Shown here in pieces: positions 17,609 through 23,446 of a stretch of 37,590 nucleotides of DNA. The number at the start of each line of letters is the position of its first letter. The first letter of the stretch is position 1. The notes below the pieces were generated by a model that worked only from the letters and a program-made list of their open reading frames with translations, did not search any database and had not been told where the DNA came from. The position numbers and the translations under genes were made by a program. This DNA comes from an uncultured Oscillospiraceae bacterium (GTDB taxonomy: Bacteria; Bacillota; Clostridia; UMGS1810), in NCBI GenBank assembly GCA_964606825.1, contig CAZSIY010000001.1:1-37590 (forward strand). Reading direction: 5' to 3'.

Positions 17609-18535
17609 ATGAAAAAGATTTCAATTATGGCATCGGTTCTCGCTCTTTCTTGCTCAATGTCGGCTTTAGCCTACATGGGCGCTTCCGATTGGGCAAATGC
17701 CGAACTTGAAAAAGCCGAAAAGTATGCGCTTATTCCCAACGTGCTTTCAAGTGCTGATGTTTCAAAGCCTATTACAAGAAGTGAGTTTGCGTCGCTTTCG
17801 GTAAAGCTCTTTGAGGCTCTCGGAAAAACCGAAATAGCCTCTCCCGATGTAAATCCATTTACCGATACTTCCGATGAGCAAGTTCTTAAAGCATATGCCG
17901 CAGGTATTACCACCGGCACAAGCGACACAACGTTCGAGCCCGATGCTCTTTTGTCAAGAGAACAAGCGGCAACAATGCTTGCAAGAACATACGCAAAATC
18001 TATGAACGCAGAAGCAAAACCCACGGGAGCCGCTCAAAAGTTTACAGATGATGAAAATATTTCCGACTGGGCGAAAGAAAGCGTTTATTTCATGGTTGAA
18101 AACGGTATAATCAACGGAATAGGGGAGGGCGTGTTTGCTCCTCAAAATGTAACGCTCGAGCAGGAAACCGAGTTTTATGCCAATTCCACAAGAGAGCAGT
18201 CTGTGGCTATTGCGGTTAGAATGTATGAAAAATTCAGTAAAGCCGAAGCGGAAAACACTTCTTCCGATTTGCTTAAAAACATGCCCGCTCATGCTTTCGG
18301 TGACTCTTTAAGCGAGAGTGTGAACGAGAAAAAAGCCGAGTATAAGTTTGAAAACGTTGCAGTAGAAAGCTATGATGCATACGCCGCCACAGTACGCTCA
18401 ATGTTCCCCGAGGTTTCCTATGAGCTTAATGAGGCACTTCAAAAAGCTCTTAAAGCCTCAAACGGCGAGTATCAAATTTTTATTCAATGGTCAAACGATG
18501 GTTCGACTTCCATTAAGTTTGAAAAATTGCAGTAA
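17609..18535 (+). CDS. Secreted SLH-domain protein (308 aa) with three N-terminal SLH repeats and a small C-terminal domain
   Basis: ATG at 17609 after a GAAAGGAAG RBS. Signal peptide ...SMSALA. SLH repeats are SDWANAELEKAEKYALIP..., FTDTSDEQVLKAYAAGITTG... and FTDDENISDWAKESVYFMVENGIING... Confidence 0.85.
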   Translation: MKKISIMASVLALSCSMSALAYMGASDWANAELEKAEKYALIPNVLSSADVSKPITRSEFASLSVKLFEALGKTEIASPDVNPFTDTSDEQVLKAYAAGITTGTSDTTFEPDALLSREQAATMLARTYAKSMNAEAKPTGAAQKFTDDENISDWAKESVYFMVENGIINGIGEGVFAPQNVTLEQETEFYANSTREQSVAIAVRMYEKFSKAEAENTSSDLLKNMPAHAFGDSLSESVNEKKAEYKFENVAVESYDAYAATVRSMFPEVSYELNEALQKALKASNGEYQIFIQWSNDGSTSIKFEKLQ

Positions 18536-18578
18536 AATCTGTGTCGGATAAAATCCGCATAAAAACAGGAGGATTGGC

Positions 18579-21215
18579 ATGAAAAAAATATTTTCATTAA
18601 CATTGGCTCTCGTCATGCTTGCATCATCATCTATTCCGGCATCGGCAAAATCGTTTAAAGCCGATAGTTTGCCGGAAACAGGTGTTATTATAAGCGATGA
18701 CTTTGAGTCGTACAACGTAGGCAGTACCCCACCTCTCAAGAGCAGTGGCGGTATCTTGTACAGAACCCATGTTATAACCGAGCAAGAAACAAACGGCAAC
18801 AAGTATGTTGAGTTCCCGGGAAAGAACAAGCAATACATCACCAGCTTGGAAGACCTCTACGGTGACAAGGTAGGCGTAAGAAGCGGAAAAGTAAAAATAC
18901 AGTACGATGTAAGGCTTCCAAAGCCTACGGTGACTTTGGGTTTTAACGAAAAAGGAAATCCCATCGGGCAAACTCTTTACCTTGTGTCTTACGGTTCAAA
19001 CGGCGGTTGGAGTAATGATGCAGCGGATAACAGAGCGTATTTGAGCGCGGTAAAAATTTATTCTTCAACAGATGAAAATTTGGACAACAAAGCCTATATA
19101 TGCTTTAACGATGAAGCCATTTCCGGTTCTGCCGCTTCTATAAATTCCGACGGCTCCAACTACCGTATTATTGACTTTGACAAATGGTACACCGTTACCA
19201 CAGTTATAGATTACGACTCAAAAGAGGCGTTTCATTACATAAACGGTGAAAAAATTACTTATTACAAGGGCACGGCAGATGCCGCAATGGCAAAAAGCTA
19301 CGAGCACTCTTGGCTCTCGTTCAACAGTGCCGATGACTTAAACACCGGAAGCGCTTTCCAAATGGATAATTTTCTCACAGAGCGCCTGGGAGAGGGCACA
19401 CTTTCGGCTTCCTTTGCGGGTGCGGGAAATAATTATGTAGATGTTGACTTTAGCGGCGTAATCGAGCAAGACGGTGCGATAGACTCTGAGTATTTCACCC
19501 TTAAAAAGCTTGGTGAAGATGACGGTGTAATCCCCGCTTCTATTAGCTATACAAACGGTAAAACAATGCGCTTTACCTTTGATAACGAATTGGAAAAAGG
19601 CATAAACTATCAGCTTTTTATAAATGCTCCTATTCACGAAGTTGGTAACAATCTTATAAGCCTTCCGGAAAACACGGCAATTTTCTTTGCCACCGAGGCA
19701 GATGTTGAGCATGCGGAGCTTGTAGAGCAAAATTTTGAAGACGTGTCTTTTCCTGAATCGGCGGAAGAGGGCGAGAATTTTGAAGATTTTACCTACTATG
19801 GTAAAAAAGACGGCGAGTCTGCCGAATTTGTCAAAGTTCCTTCGCTTACTTCAAAATACATATCAAAAGAAAGCGACAGATTTTCAGCCGTTGAGGGCAA
19901 GGCAAGCGTTATGAAAATTTCTCATAACGACTCGGAACCTGCAAATACCGCTCATAAAACTGTTTTCTTCCCATTTGCTGATGGCAGAGAAATCACAAGC
20001 GGCACACTTACCGCAGAGTTTGATATGTATGTAGACGGCGACGACATGCCCTGGCAAACATCTTTTGCTTTCGGTTTGCACGACTCTTCAAGAACAGGCA
20101 CCTCGTTTAACAGAACAGACAATTGGTCGGACGCAACGCTTTTCTTCGGTCTTACCGATTGGTCACACAAAAAGAAAAAAGCGGTAGTGCCGGCACTTGC
20201 CGATAATAAAGCATATATACCGAGCTATTATTTAGATAACGGCAAAAGAGATGAAACCTGGAGCGACAGATACAAGGCGGCGGAAATAGGCTATTCCGCA
20301 ACTATAACCGATAACCTTGCTGCATGGCACACATACAAACTCGTTGCCGATATATCCGAGAGCAAATTCGAATTGTATTTAGACGGCAAAAAGCTCGGCA
20401 CTTACAATTATTTCCCCGGAAATGCCACGCGCGGTACTTACGACGGATTTGTAATAGAGTCTGTAAACGCCGCTTCGGTAGACAGCGAGCTTAACAATTG
20501 CTACTATATAGATAACGTAAAGGTTAGCTACGACTCCCTTGCACCCATGGTTGTAGAGGCTGTTGACTTTGAAGATTGCGAGGGCAAAGAAAAAGTTTTG
20601 GCTTCCACGCTTCCTGCGGGCGTAAAGAATGTAAATATTACTTTCTCAAAAGAACTTGATTCTTCAATGGATTATTCATCATTTGTTGAGGTAGAAGGCG
20701 CAAAAGACGGCTTTACTTGCTCGTCAAACGGCAAAGTGCTCACTATAGACCTTACAAATTGCCTGCTTCCCTCAAACGATTGCAAAATAGCTTTAAAGAG
20801 CGGAATTGAAGCGGCAAAAGGCGCACTTCTCGCAAATGACGTAACATTTAAGTTTGCAACTGACGGCGGTGCTGTAAAGTTTTTTGCACCTGTTATCAAA
20901 AAGAATGATGCAAAACTTTCTTCCGTGGCAAACGTTTCAGCCGGAGACAGTATCACAGCCGAGGTAAATGTAATAAATACCACAGCCGATGGCGTTGGCG
21001 CTTATGTGGTTCTCTTAGCATATAAAGACGGCTACCTTGCGGGTATTGCCCACACAGGTTATGTGCCTACGGTAGACAGACTTTACAGCGAGAACATCAC
21101 AGCCTCAGTTACCGCCTCGGATGGTTTTGTGGGCGCAGACAGCTACAAAGCTATCGTTTTCGACACACTCTCGGGTGTGCATCCCCTTGCCGATGCTTGT
21201 GAAGTTTTAAAATAG
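18579..21215 (+). CDS. Secreted non-catalytic multi-domain protein (878 aa): LamG/ConA-like, Ig-like, LamG/ConA-like, Ig-like, shared C-terminal module
   Basis: Signal peptide ...IPASA. The jelly-roll-like units end in QMDNFLTERL and YIDNVKVSY. SbsA-type Ig-like segments are present (VDVDFSGVIEQ...FTLKK...). I see no catalytic motifs. The C-terminal module is shared with the next two genes. Confidence 0.7.
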   Translation: MKKIFSLTLALVMLASSSIPASAKSFKADSLPETGVIISDDFESYNVGSTPPLKSSGGILYRTHVITEQETNGNKYVEFPGKNKQYITSLEDLYGDKVGVRSGKVKIQYDVRLPKPTVTLGFNEKGNPIGQTLYLVSYGSNGGWSNDAADNRAYLSAVKIYSSTDENLDNKAYICFNDEAISGSAASINSDGSNYRIIDFDKWYTVTTVIDYDSKEAFHYINGEKITYYKGTADAAMAKSYEHSWLSFNSADDLNTGSAFQMDNFLTERLGEGTLSASFAGAGNNYVDVDFSGVIEQDGAIDSEYFTLKKLGEDDGVIPASISYTNGKTMRFTFDNELEKGINYQLFINAPIHEVGNNLISLPENTAIFFATEADVEHAELVEQNFEDVSFPESAEEGENFEDFTYYGKKDGESAEFVKVPSLTSKYISKESDRFSAVEGKASVMKISHNDSEPANTAHKTVFFPFADGREITSGTLTAEFDMYVDGDDMPWQTSFAFGLHDSSRTGTSFNRTDNWSDATLFFGLTDWSHKKKKAVVPALADNKAYIPSYYLDNGKRDETWSDRYKAAEIGYSATITDNLAAWHTYKLVADISESKFELYLDGKKLGTYNYFPGNATRGTYDGFVIESVNAASVDSELNNCYYIDNVKVSYDSLAPMVVEAVDFEDCEGKEKVLASTLPAGVKNVNITFSKELDSSMDYSSFVEVEGAKDGFTCSSNGKVLTIDLTNCLLPSNDCKIALKSGIEAAKGALLANDVTFKFATDGGAVKFFAPVIKKNDAKLSSVANVSAGDSITAEVNVINTTADGVGAYVVLLAYKDGYLAGIAHTGYVPTVDRLYSENITASVTASDGFVGADSYKAIVFDTLSGVHPLADACEVLK

Positions 21216-21549
21216 TATGTTTTCTTGCCGTCGGTAACGCGGCAGGAAAAAAACTTACACAAAGTGCAAAAAGTGTCGGCGGGCAGGGTTATATGCCGCA
21301 TTTTCAGAGCTTTTGCAAGAAGATAAAATTCTCGTACTGGCAAACCGCAAAAAAAGAAACAAAGGTTTCTCCGGCGGCACCTATACACTTTTTGTCTGTA
21401 TGAGAACGAAGTTTTCTTGCAAACAGCAAAAGAAAATTCGGCAAAATCCTCGCCTGCGGGCATGATTGAGAAAACGTAATTATCACCGATTGCAACATGC
21501 TTTTCTCCGTGCGCGGTGTTAATAATAAAAATTTTAGGAGGAATAAAAA

Positions 21550-23367
21550 ATGAAAAAATTGTTATCAATGTTGTTAGCTTGTGCCTTGCTGGTATCTTGT
21601 GTGCCGGCGATGGCAAGTATTGTAAATCCGGTTCCATATCCCGAAACCGGCGTACTTTTTCACGAAGATTTCAGCGACTACGATGTTGCGGATAATAGTG
21701 AAACTAGTGTTTCGAATATGACAACTTTGAATACCAATTGGAATTATACCAATACCAATTATGGCGGATATATTACAAATAACAATTCGGGTCATGGAGT
21801 TGGCGATCCTTGTTTTTATTGGGGAACTCTTTGGTATCAAGTTCCGGCTAATGCAGGAATTGTAAATACCGGAGTGATCGAATACTCTTTTGATATGAAA
21901 TTACGCAATTGCGCCGATCCATCGAGATATGATGTAAGTTTCGAAAAATCCAATGTAGGACATCATGTGTTTACAGCTGTTAAAACCGGCAATAAAGATG
22001 CTCCCGATGGCGCTTTGAAATATTACTTTTCAAGCTATGACCATACCGGAACAAACGCAAGCGCTTCTACTAATCCGATTGTAGTTGACGGAACTTTGGA
22101 AAATTGGGCTAACATAAAAATAAAGGTTGATTTTTCAGAAGGCTCGGTTGAATATTATGTTGATAATATCAAAGTTGGCGGCTGGAACGGAAATGTAAAT
22201 TGTTACGCTTTAAGTAATTACATAGGCTTTATAAATACTGCTCCGACAAATAAGTACCTGTATCTTGATAATTTTAAAATTGAAAGATTCAAAAAGACGA
22301 TAGAACCCGAAAAACAGAGTTCTTATTCGATTAACGGAACAGTTCCCGCAACCGGTCTTATCATGAAAGAAACATTTGATGGCATATCCGAAACAAAGGA
22401 ACTTTCAAAGGCAAACGGCGGTATTTTTTACGGTGGAATAACAGCTGATATTGTAAATGTTGAATCAAATAAACATATTAAAGTCACCGGAAATAACGCT
22501 TATTTAGCTTATGAACTTTGCAAACATTTGACTACGCAAGAAGATATATCTTCAGGTCAGCTTGCTTTGTCGTATAAAGTTATGGTTCCGAAATGCGATG
22601 AGGAAATGACATCAGGAAAGCAGAATTTACTAGCGATGTGTGTTCAATCACATGCAGGTTGGTGGGGTGATGCAACCACAGCTACTAATGGAAGAGCTTA
22701 TTTAAACAGCGTATGTTATGGAAACACGAATCCGTATGTTCAATATGCGACAACAATAAGCGGTGGTGGTTTTGTATCAGATGATACAAGTGCAGACGTA
22801 AAAGTAACAAAAAATATTGCTTTTGATACTTGGTATACAATAAAGGTTGTTATTGATTATGATAATAACGTGGTAAAGCAATATTTGGATAACGAATGTG
22901 TATGCACTGTGAATTATGCTGACAGTAATGAGAATAAATTAAAGTTTGATGTTATGCAGCTTACAAAACGTAAAGATGATAACGAAAACTCAAACTTTGG
23001 CATTTGTATGGATGATTGGAGAATTGAACGCTTAGACACCACAACCGTAGCTTCTTCCACCAAAATCACAAAAGGTGGAACAGAACTTACAAAATCCGAT
23101 GTTGCTTCTCTTGCGGGTACTGAACTTTCCGTAAACTTTACAGCGGCAAGCTCCGGAAAAGGCAATGTTGTTGTAGCAGCATACAAAGGCAATGAACTTA
23201 TTGGCATTGTTTGCTCGCTTGACAACACTTTAAAAGCAGGCGAAAACAGCGTAAGCGTTACCGCAAGCAGTAATTTCAACGGCGCTGATACGGTTAAGGC
23301 ATTTGTTTTTGATAACTTTAACAACATGTACCCCGTAGCCGATGCTGCTGAATATTTAGCAAATTAA
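21550..23367 (+). CDS. Secreted non-catalytic protein (605 aa): two LamG/ConA-like domains plus the shared C-terminal module. Paralog of the 878-aa protein.
   Basis: Signal peptide ...VPAMASI. PETGVLFHEDFSD and PATGLIMKETFDG mark the domain starts; LDNFKIERF and MDDWRIERL mark the domain ends. The second domain matches the first domain of the 878-aa protein (GWWGDATTATNGRAYLNSV / FDTWYTIKVVIDYD vs GGWSNDAADNRAYLSAV / FDKWYTVTTVIDYD). Confidence 0.7.
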   Translation: MKKLLSMLLACALLVSCVPAMASIVNPVPYPETGVLFHEDFSDYDVADNSETSVSNMTTLNTNWNYTNTNYGGYITNNNSGHGVGDPCFYWGTLWYQVPANAGIVNTGVIEYSFDMKLRNCADPSRYDVSFEKSNVGHHVFTAVKTGNKDAPDGALKYYFSSYDHTGTNASASTNPIVVDGTLENWANIKIKVDFSEGSVEYYVDNIKVGGWNGNVNCYALSNYIGFINTAPTNKYLYLDNFKIERFKKTIEPEKQSSYSINGTVPATGLIMKETFDGISETKELSKANGGIFYGGITADIVNVESNKHIKVTGNNAYLAYELCKHLTTQEDISSGQLALSYKVMVPKCDEEMTSGKQNLLAMCVQSHAGWWGDATTATNGRAYLNSVCYGNTNPYVQYATTISGGGFVSDDTSADVKVTKNIAFDTWYTIKVVIDYDNNVVKQYLDNECVCTVNYADSNENKLKFDVMQLTKRKDDNENSNFGICMDDWRIERLDTTTVASSTKITKGGTELTKSDVASLAGTELSVNFTAASSGKGNVVVAAYKGNELIGIVCSLDNTLKAGENSVSVTASSNFNGADTVKAFVFDNFNNMYPVADAAEYLAN

Positions 23368-23377
23368 TTTTACTTTT

Positions 23378-23408
23378 ACAATGCGGCAGAGGTTTTCTGC
23401 CGCATTGT
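23378..23408 (+). other. GC-rich perfect hairpin (13-bp stem, 5-nt loop) without a U-tract, directly after the 605-aa gene
   Basis: ACAATGCGGCAGA (23378-23390) / TCTGCCGCATTGT (23396-23408). Followed by GGGTAAAC. It has the same ATGCGGC...GGTT...GCCGCAT architecture as the hairpin at 8004-8032. Confidence 0.5.
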
Positions 23409-23446
23409 GGGTAAACAACTTAAATTCTACAAAAGGAGAACAGCTA

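Noticed and set aside
18669-18683. LPETG, the canonical sortase A motif, in the 878-aa protein. A related PETG occurs in the 605-aa paralog.
   Set aside because: It lies at residues 31-35, just after the signal peptide, not at the C-terminus, and no hydrophobic segment plus charged tail follows it. The same P-(E/A)-T-G-hydrophobic...DF pattern starts three of the four LamG-like domains (LPETGVIISDDF, YPETGVLFHEDF, VPATGLIMKETF), so it is a domain-boundary motif, not a sorting signal.
21143-21637. 164-aa antisense ORF spanning the whole 334-bp gap between the two LamG-like genes.
   Set aside because: Both ends overlap real genes on the opposite strand, it has no RBS, and the translation is Cys/Arg-rich and low-complexity (…CRRRNLCFFFCGLPVREF…). 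A short protein-like stretch (HGEKHVAIGDNYVFSIMPAGEDFAEF) is not enough to call a gene or pseudogene.
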